A stretch of DNA of 26,704 bases, from positions 1 to 26,704 of the forward strand of contig JBGSIV010000206.1 of assembly GCA_041742355.1 (NCBI GenBank), given 5' to 3'. Position numbers and translations under genes: made by a program. A model generated the notes under the pieces. That model was not told the origin of the DNA. It searched no databases and saw nothing but the letters and a program-made list of their open reading frames with translations. Origin of the DNA: Candidatus Zixiibacteriota bacterium. GTDB taxonomy: Bacteria; Zixibacteria; MSB-5A5; GN15; FEB-12. Below, in pieces: positions 1-8,587 of the stretch; the stretch's first letter is position 1, and the number at the start of each line of letters is the position of its first letter.

Positions 1-560
1 GCATGGCCCTGCTCGGCATCGCGACCGGCGGCGCCTGCCCCGATATCGCGGCGCAGCCCTTCGGCGCGCTCACCGACGCGAACTCGGTGTACGTCTACCC
101 GACCGGCAACCTTGTGCCAAGCGAACTGGAAACGCTCATGCAGCAGTCCGGCTACGCGGTGAACGGCACGACGCAGGACCAGTTCTCGCTCCTGACTTTC
201 TACAGCGGGACCACAGTCAGCGCGAGCGACACGATCGATATCTACACTGCACTGGCGGTCACGCGCGGCACCGCGCCACTGGCGTTGCCAGCGGTGATCG
301 ATCAGGCGCAGGCGTGGCTCGGCGATCGTTTCCCCTGCACGCAGACCTGCTGCGTGCTTCGCGGCGATGTCAACAGCGACACCAAGGTGATTGTCTCCGA
401 CCTGACCTTCCTCGTGAACTTCCTCTTCAAGGCGGGCGCCGCGCCGACGTGCTTCGAGCACGGCGATGTCAACGGCGACACAAAGGTCATCGTGTCGGAT
501 CTGACCTACCTCGTGAACTTCCTGTTCAAGGCCGGCGCCGCACCGGTGCCGTGTCCGTAA
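1..560 (+). CDS. 5'-truncated protein with C-terminal type I dockerin-like duplicated repeat
   Basis: Frame open from the window edge to TAA at 558-560. Ends CCVLRGDVNSDTKVIVSDLTFLVNFLFKAG / HGDVNGDTKVIVSDLTYLVNFLFKAG, two DxNxD EF-hand-like loop-helix repeats. Confidence 0.85.
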   Translation, partial: MALLGIATGGACPDIAAQPFGALTDANSVYVYPTGNLVPSELETLMQQSGYAVNGTTQDQFSLLTFYSGTTVSASDTIDIYTALAVTRGTAPLALPAVIDQAQAWLGDRFPCTQTCCVLRGDVNSDTKVIVSDLTFLVNFLFKAGAAPTCFEHGDVNGDTKVIVSDLTYLVNFLFKAGAAPVPCP

Positions 561-588
561 GAACGGCATAGTCGACACAGCCTGAGAC

Positions 589-624
589 GAAGAACCCGGG
601 TTCCGAATGGAACCCGGCTTCTTC
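589..624. terminator. Hairpin between convergent genes, probable bidirectional terminator
   Basis: gaagaa-c-ccgggttcc-gaat-ggaacccgg-c-ttcttc, located between the stops at 560 and 647. Confidence 0.7.
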
Positions 625-646
625 ATGGCCTGATTTGCTGAAGAGA

Positions 647-1852
647 TTAGCTTTCGGTCGACGACTCGCCCGGCTGTTCGTCGGACGGCTCCTCGCGGTG
701 CTTGCGGCTGCCGGAGTAGAGTTCGAACTTGAGCAGGCGTCCTTCGAGGGGGCCGTTGTACAGCGTCACGCGCCGCGCGGTGCGCAGGCCGATTGACTTG
801 GCCGCCGGCAAATTGGCGGTGAAGATGTACGCCGTGTAGTCTTTGTAGCGCTGCTTGAGCGTGTCGCCGATCTCCTTGTAAAGACCGGCGATATTGGCGG
901 TGCGCATCCGTTCATCGTACGGGGGGTTGGTGATGAGCACGCCCGGACCGACCGGCGGCACGAGATCCTTGAAAGGACTGCGGCGGATAGTGAGGTCCGA
1001 ACCGACACGGGCTTTCGCCGCATTCTGTTTGGTCTGCGCCGCCTGGATCTTGTCGATATCGGCGGCAACGATTTCGACACCAACAGCCGGCCGCTCCTGC
1101 TCACGCGCCTGCATCTTGAGCCGCTCGAACAATTCCGGTGAATAGTCCTTCCAGCGCATGAACCCGAACCGCCGGCGAATCATTCCCGGCGCGATATTCC
1201 GCGCGAGCATGGCGGCCTCGATCGCGAACGTCCCGCTGCCGCACATCGGGTCGACCAGCGGCGATGTGGCATCCCAGCCCGAGAGGGCAATGATCCCCGC
1301 CGCGAGAATCTCGTTGATCGGGGCTTCCCCCGAGGCGAGGCGGTAGCCGCGCTGGTGGAGCGGATCGCCCGAGGCGTCCAGAGCCAGCGAGGCTTTGTCG
1401 CCGACAATATGCACATTGATACGCAGGTCGGGATTCTTGCTGTCGACATTCGGCCGCCGGCCGGACTTCGTACGCAGTTGATCCACCACCGCGTCCTTCG
1501 TCCGCTGCGCGACATACATCGAGTTGTCGAACGGGGAGTTTGCCAGCACGACATCGACCGCGATCGTCATGTCGGGATCGAGGTACCGTGACCACTCGAC
1601 TTTGCCCACGCCGCGGTAGAGGTGGTCGCGGTCGCGGGCGGTGAAACTGTGGATCGGCATGAGCACGCGGCCGGCGAGGCGGCTGTGCAGGTTGACCGCG
1701 TAGAGCAGGGCCTGGTCACCCTCAAACTGGACGGCGCGGTTGATTTCCGCGACAGAGGTCGCGCCGAGCGCGCGCAGTTCATCGGCCAGCACACCCTCGA
1801 GCCCGGAGAGCGTCTTGGCGATCATGGTAAATGTCGGACGGCTTTGTGTCAT
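647..1852 (-). CDS. rlmL: THUMP-domain SAM-dependent rRNA guanine methyltransferase (stand-alone RlmL/YpsC-like)
   Basis: AKTLSGLEGVLADEL N-terminus, DASGDPLHQRGYR, APINEILAAG, DPMCGSGT SAM motif, NPPY motif, LYNGPLE. ATG 1852 chosen because a promoter-like element lies just upstream. Confidence 0.88.
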   Translation of the reverse strand: MTQSRPTFTMIAKTLSGLEGVLADELRALGATSVAEINRAVQFEGDQALLYAVNLHSRLAGRVLMPIHSFTARDRDHLYRGVGKVEWSRYLDPDMTIAVDVVLANSPFDNSMYVAQRTKDAVVDQLRTKSGRRPNVDSKNPDLRINVHIVGDKASLALDASGDPLHQRGYRLASGEAPINEILAAGIIALSGWDATSPLVDPMCGSGTFAIEAAMLARNIAPGMIRRRFGFMRWKDYSPELFERLKMQAREQERPAVGVEIVAADIDKIQAAQTKQNAAKARVGSDLTIRRSPFKDLVPPVGPGVLITNPPYDERMRTANIAGLYKEIGDTLKQRYKDYTAYIFTANLPAAKSIGLRTARRVTLYNGPLEGRLLKFELYSGSRKHREEPSDEQPGESSTES

Positions 1853-1861
1853 GGTCTGCTG

Positions 1862-1890
1862 AAGGTACCGGTTGCGGGAGAAGGGCACAA
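1862..1890 (-). promoter_or_regulatory. Sigma70-like promoter of the rlmL-like gene
   Basis: Minus strand TTGTGC-N17-TACCTT, ending 9 nt before ATG 1852. Confidence 0.55.
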
Positions 1891-1928
1891 GAGATTTGAT
1901 GGACAGGCGCGGATCGGCTGTAGACGGG

Positions 1929-1960
1929 CCGGGGCTGCCCATTCTCGCGGGCAGCCCCGG
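1929..1960. repeat. 12-bp-stem hairpin downstream of the protease gene (REP-like or terminator)
   Basis: ccggggctgccc-attctcgc-gggcagccccgg; no U-tract on the minus strand. Confidence 0.55.
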
Positions 1961-1969
1961 TCGCTTCGG

Positions 1970-3838
1970 TCAGTTGTACAGATCCTGCAGGACAAGGCGC
2001 AGCTTCTTGGTGGCGTCGCCGCGCTTGATTTCAAAATCATAGTTGGTGCCGGCATCGGCGCGGAGCAGTTCGCGCAGGGCGAGGATGCCGTCGAGCGTTT
2101 TGGCATCCTTGCCGTTTACTTTCAGAATCATATCGTCGATCTCGAATCCGGCGGCGGCCGACGGAGTCCCCGGCGCAACGAACGACACCCGCATGGCGAG
2201 ATCCCGGTCGTAGCGTACCTGCATCCCGGATTTATCCTCCGGAAAGACCCGGTCGAAATCTCCCCCCTTCTCCCAGATCAATTGACCCCGCAGGTAGTCG
2301 AGGTAGAGCACAAAGTGGCGGAAGAGAGTGTTGCCCATGTTGCCGTCGACCGTGGCCTCGGCAAAGGAGCCTTGAAGCTCGCCGGCCGGCACCCGGAACA
2401 GCACATCTTTGACCGTCATCCCGGCCACTTCCACCGTCTTAATCTTCAGCGTCTTCTCCTTGAACGATCCCCCGGCGCCATAACCGAGCGCCTCAACGCC
2501 GCCGCGTTCCATCAAACCGTTCGCTTTCGCATACGGGTAGTGGAACGACATCCCGCCGGCGCCGAGATCAAGGAAGTAGTTCCCCTTCATCGTGCCGTCG
2601 ACAACAAGCGGCACCTCGAAACTGTGCCCCTGGGTCACCGGGGCATCGAGCACAACACCGGAACCGCTGTAGGTGAAAGTCTTCGGATCGTAGAACGACA
2701 GCAGCTCGTTGGCATAGTCGACCTTGGTCACGACCCGGGACAGGAAGTCGTAGCCGAGAATCCCGGCCACTTCAATGCCGATGTGCTCCATGAAGAACCA
2801 GTACAGGTCGATCACGGCGACACTCTGCTCCTGCAGGAAGATTTTGTCGCCGATACTGAGCGGCGGCACGGTCGTGAACGAGATGTCGACCGTGTTGCCT
2901 GCTCCCCTGCCCGTGATCTCCCCCTTGATTTCCAGGCCGAGTTCTTCCGCGAACTTCTTCTCGATACAGGTCATCTCCGCGCCGGAGTCAAGCACCCAGA
3001 TCCGCTCTTTCCCGTTAACCACCACCGGTATGTAGATGTGATTTTCAGTGAATTTAAACGGGATGTTCTCCGCCTTCCCTCCTTCGGCGAACGTGAGATC
3101 GCTGGCATCCTCGGCGGGCGGGTCGAACCGTGCGGCGTCGATCGTAACGCCGACTTCGACCTTTTCGATAACGATCTCCTGGACCATCCCCACGGCCATC
3201 GACACCTGCCGCTGGGCAAACGGTACTGTGACGCCGCCGACATCGCGAAAATCGCTCATGGTCGTGTGCGTCTGGCCGTCGGTGGCAATCGATATGGTCT
3301 TCAGTTGATAGAAAGTCGCGGTATCGAAGTACTGCCGCGACGTATCCGGCGTGAGGTTGTTGAACATGGTCAGGACGTAGCAGTCCTTGCCGGCCGCGGT
3401 GTCGATACCGTCGTAGCGCAGGGTGAAGATGCCGTTGTTCGGGTCGAGGTGAACAAACTCCGCCATGAGGCTGTCGGCCTTCTTCTGGCCGATGGACAAA
3501 TCGTCCTTATGGAGTTGCAGCTTGCCGTTCTGATCGACCGTCCAGGCCACCTCGCCGTTGTTTCCCTGGGTGATCGCCAGCGGCCCGAGCTCGACCTCCA
3601 TGCGCTGCATCTCCGGACGCATCGACCACTGCCGGAAGGGGCCGGCGAGTCCGGAGCCGACAATGTCGATCCGGCCTTCGGTATAGCTCGTCGTCTGGGC
3701 TTTGATTTTGTCGATGCCGCCGATCGCGGCGTAGTGTTTGTTCAGGATGTCGTACGGGTCGGTCAGCGCGGATTGCGCTGACGGCGCGGCCGCCGCAACG
3801 ACCAGCGCGAGAACGGAGAGCGCGATAGCGATTCGCAT
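1970..3838 (-). CDS. Secreted aspartyl protease: LolA-like N-domain, two retropepsin-like domains, C-terminal PDZ
   Basis: Signal peptide MRIAIALSVLALVVAAAAPSAQS; WVLDSGA...GILGYDFL and FLDLGAG...GNMGNTLF; PDZ motif VAPGTPSAAAGFEIDDMILKVNG; AGGGG RBS before ATG 3838. Confidence 0.85.
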   Translation of the reverse strand: MRIAIALSVLALVVAAAAPSAQSALTDPYDILNKHYAAIGGIDKIKAQTTSYTEGRIDIVGSGLAGPFRQWSMRPEMQRMEVELGPLAITQGNNGEVAWTVDQNGKLQLHKDDLSIGQKKADSLMAEFVHLDPNNGIFTLRYDGIDTAAGKDCYVLTMFNNLTPDTSRQYFDTATFYQLKTISIATDGQTHTTMSDFRDVGGVTVPFAQRQVSMAVGMVQEIVIEKVEVGVTIDAARFDPPAEDASDLTFAEGGKAENIPFKFTENHIYIPVVVNGKERIWVLDSGAEMTCIEKKFAEELGLEIKGEITGRGAGNTVDISFTTVPPLSIGDKIFLQEQSVAVIDLYWFFMEHIGIEVAGILGYDFLSRVVTKVDYANELLSFYDPKTFTYSGSGVVLDAPVTQGHSFEVPLVVDGTMKGNYFLDLGAGGMSFHYPYAKANGLMERGGVEALGYGAGGSFKEKTLKIKTVEVAGMTVKDVLFRVPAGELQGSFAEATVDGNMGNTLFRHFVLYLDYLRGQLIWEKGGDFDRVFPEDKSGMQVRYDRDLAMRVSFVAPGTPSAAAGFEIDDMILKVNGKDAKTLDGILALRELLRADAGTNYDFEIKRGDATKKLRLVLQDLYN

Positions 3839-3928
3839 GAGCATACCCCTGTTTGGTTTGGTTTGGCGCATCACACGGGAATAACTACGCAGCGGCGGGG
3901 CTTTGGATTCAAGCAAAAAGCAATAAAG

Positions 3929-3956
3929 TACCCCGGCGGGCCAAGCCGCCGGGGTA
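3929..3956 (-). terminator. Rho-independent terminator after the DUF3078-like gene
   Basis: taccccggcgg-gccaag-ccgccggggta, followed on the minus strand by ctttattgcttttt. Confidence 0.7.
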
Positions 3957-3976
3957 AGATCCTCGAACGATCCGCA

Positions 3977-4921
3977 CTACATCAGCTTGAACAGGAAGCC
4001 GATGCCGAGCGTCTCCTTGAACCGCGCCTTGTCGACAATCTGCTTGTCGTACAGAATCTGCGTATAGAAGTTGACGGCAATAACCTTGGTCAGCTGGGCG
4101 GTGACAATGTTCTCCCAGTTGGCGTCGATCGCCTTCCAGTCATCCTCGTACGGCGTACCGGCGAAGTCGTCCTTGTCAGAGAAGAACAGCGCCCGGAACA
4201 GCGTCAGCTTGCCCGTGTACTGCAGCCGTTCGTTGAATGTGTAGAGGACGTCGGTCACCGATTCCAGGCCGCCGTCGGTCTGCGTGTTGGTTTCCGTGTT
4301 GCCTTCAACATCGATAATCACGCTGGTGAACGTCTCGCGGAACGCGAACCCGAGGCGCGACGTGAGCTGATCTTTGTCGCGCTCCCAGAACCGGCGGGCA
4401 ATACCGGCCGATTCGGTCAGGCGCAGCGGCGACAGGTAGCGCTTCTTCGTGACGATCGTGGTGTCGACGCCATCGACGAACGCAACTCCGGAACCGTCGT
4501 AGAACTGCGACTCGAGCCGGAACGCCGCGTACGGGTCGACAAATCGCTGAAGGAGAAAGCGGCCGACCGTTTCCCAGTCGATCAGGTCGGTCGACTTGGT
4601 CGGCTTCGACCAGTTCTTCGTCTCCTCGTCCTGCGAGTTGGTCTGGCCGAACGCGAGTTTCAACTGCGACCGCAGGTTGAACCAGTCGTTGAGGTTCCGC
4701 TCGGCCAGGCCGTTCACCTTGCTCACCCAGGAAAACGAGCCGGCCTCGCCGCCGGTCCAGGAATCGGAGTACGCGGTCTGGGTGGCGACAAGATCCGCAG
4801 TCAGCGTCTTCTTCCAGATCCTGGTCGAATCAACCGGGGCGTCCTGTGCGGCGGCGGTGATTCCCAGCAGTCCGAGCACCAGGAGAAGGGCCGCCGATCG
4901 GGTCAAAAGTGATGTGCGCAT
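3977..4921 (-). CDS. DUF3078-like outer-membrane beta-barrel protein
   Basis: Signal peptide; QTAYSDSWTGGE, LKLAFGQT...W.KP.KSTD, W.N.VTAQ.TK.I, terminal KETLGIGFLFKLM beta-signal; GGAGG RBS. Confidence 0.75.
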   Translation of the reverse strand: MRTSLLTRSAALLLVLGLLGITAAAQDAPVDSTRIWKKTLTADLVATQTAYSDSWTGGEAGSFSWVSKVNGLAERNLNDWFNLRSQLKLAFGQTNSQDEETKNWSKPTKSTDLIDWETVGRFLLQRFVDPYAAFRLESQFYDGSGVAFVDGVDTTIVTKKRYLSPLRLTESAGIARRFWERDKDQLTSRLGFAFRETFTSVIIDVEGNTETNTQTDGGLESVTDVLYTFNERLQYTGKLTLFRALFFSDKDDFAGTPYEDDWKAIDANWENIVTAQLTKVIAVNFYTQILYDKQIVDKARFKETLGIGFLFKLM

Positions 4922-5022
4922 TCTGTGACCTCCATGGCTCCGGTGAGCCTCGATGTGTATGTTTGTCGATATCGTTTAATGTCCACCGGGCGCCGGCCGG
5001 CTGCAAGCGGCCGCGCAGACGT

Positions 5023-5052
5023 AAAGTATCATGCACTCGCCCGCGCCGTCAA
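5023..5052 (-). promoter_or_regulatory. Sigma70-like promoter of the DUF3078-like gene
   Basis: Minus strand TTGACG-N18-TACTTT with a TG extended -10. Confidence 0.5.
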
Positions 5053-5150
5053 GATTTTCCCGAAGGACCTGCCGGCGGTCCCTCGCCCGGAACCGACGGC
5101 CCGGGAACGTGTTTCAGGCGTAGGAGTATTCCCGCGAAATGGAGGACGTT

Positions 5151-6314
5151 ATGACCCGGTGGCCGCTTCCGAAATCAATTCCCCTCTTCCTGACCGTTCT
5201 TGTGTCCCTCTCCCTCGTTTCCTGCTCCAAAGCGGACAACAGCGCTTCCCCCGACCCGACCCCGGGCAACAGCGACCCGGATCTGGCCAAAGTGTCGATG
5301 CCGGCGGGATTCTCGATCTCGTACTACGCGCCCGATGTGCCCGGGGCGCGATCGATGACCCAGGGAGCGAACGGCACGCTCTTTGTCGGGACCCGCGGCT
5401 CCCGGGTATACGCGCTCAGGGACACCGACAGCGACCAGGTCGCCGATTCCGTCTACATCATCGCGGACAACCTGAATACCCCCAACGGCGTGGCCTTTCG
5501 CGAGGGCGACCTGTATGTGGCCGAGGTCAACCGCATCCTGCGCTTCAACGATATCGAAGCCAACCTCTCTAACCCCCCCGACCCGACAGTCGTGACCGAC
5601 CGGTTCCCGACCGAGCGCTCCCACGGCTGGAAGTTCATCGCGTTCGGTCCCGATGGCAAGCTGTATGTCCCGGTCGGCGCGCCGTGCAACATCTGCAAGT
5701 CCGACGACCCGGTGTTTGCCTCGATCACGCGGATGAACCCCGATGGCTCCGACTTAGAGGTCTACGCGCACGGCATTCGCAACACGGTCGGGTTTGACTG
5801 GCATCCGCAGACCAATGCCCTCTGGTTCACCGACAACGGCCGCGACATGCTCGGCGACAACGTGCCGCCGGACGAGTTGAACCGCGCCACCGAAACCGGG
5901 CAGCATTTCGGGTATCCCTACTGCCACGGCGGGGATATTCCCGATCCCGAATTCGGGAGCGGCGTCGACTGTGACACGTTTGTGGCGCCGATGCGCAGGC
6001 TCGGGCCGCATGTCGCCGCGCTGGGGATGCGGTTCTATACGGGGACGATGTTTCCAAACGAATATCGGAATCAGATCTTCATCGCCGAGCACGGCTCGTG
6101 GAATCGGTCGCAGGCAATCGGTTACCGCGTCATGCTCGTGAAACTCGATGGAAGCGGCAATGCGACGTCGTACGAGCCGTTCGCGGAGGGGTGGCTGGAG
6201 GATGGCGGGAGCCGGTGGGGCCGCCCCGTGGACGTCGAAGTCCTCCCCGACGGTTCGCTCTTGGTATCGGATGATGCGAAGGGGTGCGTGTACAGGATTA
6301 GGTACGGGGGGTAG
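5151..6314 (+). CDS. PQQ-dependent sugar/sorbosone dehydrogenase family lipoprotein (beta-propeller)
   Basis: Lipobox LVS-C; HGWKFIAFGPDGKLYVPVGAPCNIC, GIRNTVGFDWHP, TDNGRD.LGD..PPDELN, AEHGSWNR, GRPVDV; GGAGG RBS before ATG 5151. Confidence 0.92.
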   Translation: MTRWPLPKSIPLFLTVLVSLSLVSCSKADNSASPDPTPGNSDPDLAKVSMPAGFSISYYAPDVPGARSMTQGANGTLFVGTRGSRVYALRDTDSDQVADSVYIIADNLNTPNGVAFREGDLYVAEVNRILRFNDIEANLSNPPDPTVVTDRFPTERSHGWKFIAFGPDGKLYVPVGAPCNICKSDDPVFASITRMNPDGSDLEVYAHGIRNTVGFDWHPQTNALWFTDNGRDMLGDNVPPDELNRATETGQHFGYPYCHGGDIPDPEFGSGVDCDTFVAPMRRLGPHVAALGMRFYTGTMFPNEYRNQIFIAEHGSWNRSQAIGYRVMLVKLDGSGNATSYEPFAEGWLEDGGSRWGRPVDVEVLPDGSLLVSDDAKGCVYRIRYGG

Positions 6315-6323
6315 GTCAGAATT

Positions 6324-6355
6324 GTAGGGCACGACCCTTTAGCGGTCGTGCCGCT
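6324..6355 (+). repeat. GTAG-headed REP-like hairpin, copy 1
   Basis: GTAG-ggcacgacc-ctttagc-ggtcgtgcc-gct; 31/32 identical to 8764-8795. Confidence 0.85.
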
Positions 6356-6383
6356 GTCATGCTGAGCGAAGTCGAAGCATGAC
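6356..6383 (+). repeat. GTCAT-headed palindromic repeat
   Basis: gtcatgct-gagcgaagtcga-agcatgac; resembles dispersed GTCATGCTGAGCGAAGTCGAAGCAT-type intergenic palindromes. Confidence 0.7.
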
Positions 6384-6417
6384 TAAGCTCCGATTCAACC
6401 TCTGGATCCTATCTTTC

Positions 6418-6939
6418 CTACAATAGCGCAGATACTATCTTTTCGCGCACGAGTCGAATGAGAGTCTCTGTCAGCTCCCTCTCGTACCTGCCTTGGTGAC
6501 CCATAGCTGGAAACGGCAGCACGTAGTTTTTGCATTCTACGGCTGATGCCACTATTGCCAGATCGACGAGCGGCCCAAGCGTCTTCTTGATTGTAACTAC
6601 GGCTCCCGGATTCCACCGTCTTAAGTCATCCGTGAGTCTGGGAATTCCCCTGCGACATAGAGCCAGCCTCTCATTACCCTCTTTCACTCTGTTCACCGGC
6701 TCAACGCACATATCGGTCAGGTAACATCCGGACTCCATGAAGTATCTTAGAAACTCGAGATGATCGCGGAAGTGAACACGAAACGCCTTCTCGAAGGCGC
6801 CGGCTGTGTACCTCGACAGAGTAGAGTCTGCCGCATAGAAAAACGTCCCCTGTGCCGGACGGGACTCGCCCACGAACAGCACTTTCATAGTCTGCGGCAG
6901 GAATCGACGGCGTAGTGCTTCAAAGTGCTCACTTGGCAA
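6418..6939 (-). CDS. Uracil-DNA glycosylase superfamily-like hypothetical protein
   Basis: KVLFVGESRP (motif A-like), FFY, CYLTDMC.EPVN, P.AVVTI, LPFP. GGAGGAGG upstream of the TTG start. Visibly lower GC than its neighbours. Confidence 0.65.
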   Translation of the reverse strand: MPSEHFEALRRRFLPQTMKVLFVGESRPAQGTFFYAADSTLSRYTAGAFEKAFRVHFRDHLEFLRYFMESGCYLTDMCVEPVNRVKEGNERLALCRRGIPRLTDDLRRWNPGAVVTIKKTLGPLVDLAIVASAVECKNYVLPFPAMGHQGRYERELTETLIRLVREKIVSALL

Positions 6940-6960
6940 TTCCAGAAAGTCCTCCTCCCC

Positions 6961-8271
6961 TCAATACGGATAAAACACAAAGAACAACGCCGACATCACC
7001 GCCAACACCCACATCCCCGGATGCACCTCCCGCACCCGCCCCGAAAAGAGCTTCATCAGCGGATACGTCACAAACCCCGCCGTGATGCCAATCCCGAGAT
7101 TGTACGTGAAACTCATCAGCGCAATCACCACAAACGCCGGGATCGCCTCCGACAAGTCATCGTAGTCAAGCTTCGTGATCGGCGAGAGCATCAAAAGGCC
7201 GACGATAATAAGCGCGGGGCCATACGCCGACGGCGGCACCGCCGTCAAGAACGGCGCGGCGAACAGCGCCAGCAGGAAAAGCACTGCCGTGATCACCGAC
7301 GCAAACCCGGTGCGCGCCCCGCTGGCTATCCCCGTCGCCGACTCGATATACGCCCCGGCCGTGCTCGTGCCGACCAGCGCAGCGAAAACAGTCGCCAGTG
7401 CGTCGCACAACATCGGCTTCTCCATCTCCGGCAAATTCCCCTTCTCGTCGAGCAACCCCGCCTTGAGCGACAGGCCCAGAAGCGTCCCCATCGTGTCGAC
7501 AAAATCCATCACGAGCACCGTCAGAATGACGGAAAAGAACCCCCACGTGAACGCCGCGCTGATATCGAGCTCCAGGAAGATCGGCCCGAGGCTCGGCGGA
7601 AGGCTCACCCACGACTCGGGGGCTTTCGCCGTCCCGAAGACAAAAGCAAGAATAGTCGTGGCGAGAATTCCCAGGAGCAGCGCGGCGTTGATGCGCCGCA
7701 GCATCAGAATCGCGATCAGGAGAAAACAGACGACCGCGAGAATGACCGACACCTCGCGCAAATCGCCGACATGCACCGGCGCGCCGGGAACGCCGAGTTC
7801 GACCAGGCCGGTTTCGTTCAGGCCGATAAACGTGAGGAACAACCCGATCCCGACCGCGAAACCAATCTTGAGATTGGCCGGAATCGCATTGGCCAGCCAG
7901 GTTCGCACCCCCAGTACCGTGATGAGCGTGAAGAGCACGCCGCCGATGAAGATCGCCCCGAGCGCCGACTGCCACGAATAACCCAGCACCTGCACCACCG
8001 TGAACGCGATAAAGGCGTTCTCCCCCATATAGGGCGCAATCGCAAACGGCCGTTTGGCGTAGACACCCATCAGGAGCGTGCCGAAAACGGCGGTGAGAAT
8101 CGTGGCCACCATCGACGGCCCCAGTGGAATGCCGGCGATCTCGAGAATCTTCGGATTGACAATGATGATATACGCCATCGTCATGAACGTGGTCGCGCCG
8201 CCGATGATCTCGCGGCGGAAAGTGGTGCCGTGGCGTTCGAATTGAAAGTATCGTCGCAATGCGTCGGTCAC
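6961..8271 (-). CDS. NCS2/AzgA-family nucleobase (purine) permease
   Basis: EIIGGATTFMTMAYIIIVNP, PFAIAPYMGENAF, DFVDTMGT, YIESATGIASGARTG; many TM helices; GGGGAG RBS before GTG 8271. Confidence 0.93.
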   Translation of the reverse strand: MTDALRRYFQFERHGTTFRREIIGGATTFMTMAYIIIVNPKILEIAGIPLGPSMVATILTAVFGTLLMGVYAKRPFAIAPYMGENAFIAFTVVQVLGYSWQSALGAIFIGGVLFTLITVLGVRTWLANAIPANLKIGFAVGIGLFLTFIGLNETGLVELGVPGAPVHVGDLREVSVILAVVCFLLIAILMLRRINAALLLGILATTILAFVFGTAKAPESWVSLPPSLGPIFLELDISAAFTWGFFSVILTVLVMDFVDTMGTLLGLSLKAGLLDEKGNLPEMEKPMLCDALATVFAALVGTSTAGAYIESATGIASGARTGFASVITAVLFLLALFAAPFLTAVPPSAYGPALIIVGLLMLSPITKLDYDDLSEAIPAFVVIALMSFTYNLGIGITAGFVTYPLMKLFSGRVREVHPGMWVLAVMSALFFVFYPY

Positions 8272-8310
8272 GCCGATCTCCCCGTTTCGCAGAGGCATGG
8301 TTTCGGGGGA

Positions 8311-8339
8311 AATGTATGGTGCTTGAGGGCGGTTGTCGA
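8311..8339 (-). promoter_or_regulatory. Sigma70-like promoter of the NCS2 permease
   Basis: Minus strand TCGACA-N17-TACATT about 40 nt upstream of the GTG. Confidence 0.6.
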
Positions 8340-8362
8340 GAAGGATATTGACGCTCTTTGTG

Positions 8363-8388
8363 CGCGGCCGATGTCCTTATCGGCCGCG
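8363..8388. repeat. REP-like hairpin
   Basis: cgcggccgat-gtcctt-atcggccgcg. Confidence 0.6.
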
Positions 8389-8587
8389 ATATCATCCTCC
8401 TGCTCCCCCCTCACGACAATCAGGCCTTCCGCCACCCTCGCGCAAAATCGCATTTCGCCGTCGTAAATGTTAACTCCGCATTGCTCACTGCATTCACTGG
8501 ATTTTTGTCGGAGAATCGCCCTCGATTCCGCGCACTTTCACTGAACTATTGATGGAGATTGCCCAGACGTCCCGGTAAGTATAGAAA

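Noticed and set aside
360..546. Nucleotide-level duplicated repeat as a possible DGR TR/VR pair
   Set aside because: Differences are mostly synonymous and not adenine-specific, no reverse transcriptase is present, and it is the normal dockerin duplication.
1622..4912. Long plus-strand ORFs (719 aa, 349 aa)
   Set aside because: Antisense shadows of well-supported minus-strand genes in high-GC DNA; no recognisable motifs.
6925..8466. 513-aa plus-strand ORF and 409-aa alternative-frame ORF
   Set aside because: Shadows of the NCS2 permease, with Arg/His-rich nonsense composition.
8272..8560. Purine riboswitch upstream of the NCS2 permease
   Set aside because: No aptamer consensus, and the predicted promoter leaves only about 30 nt of leader.
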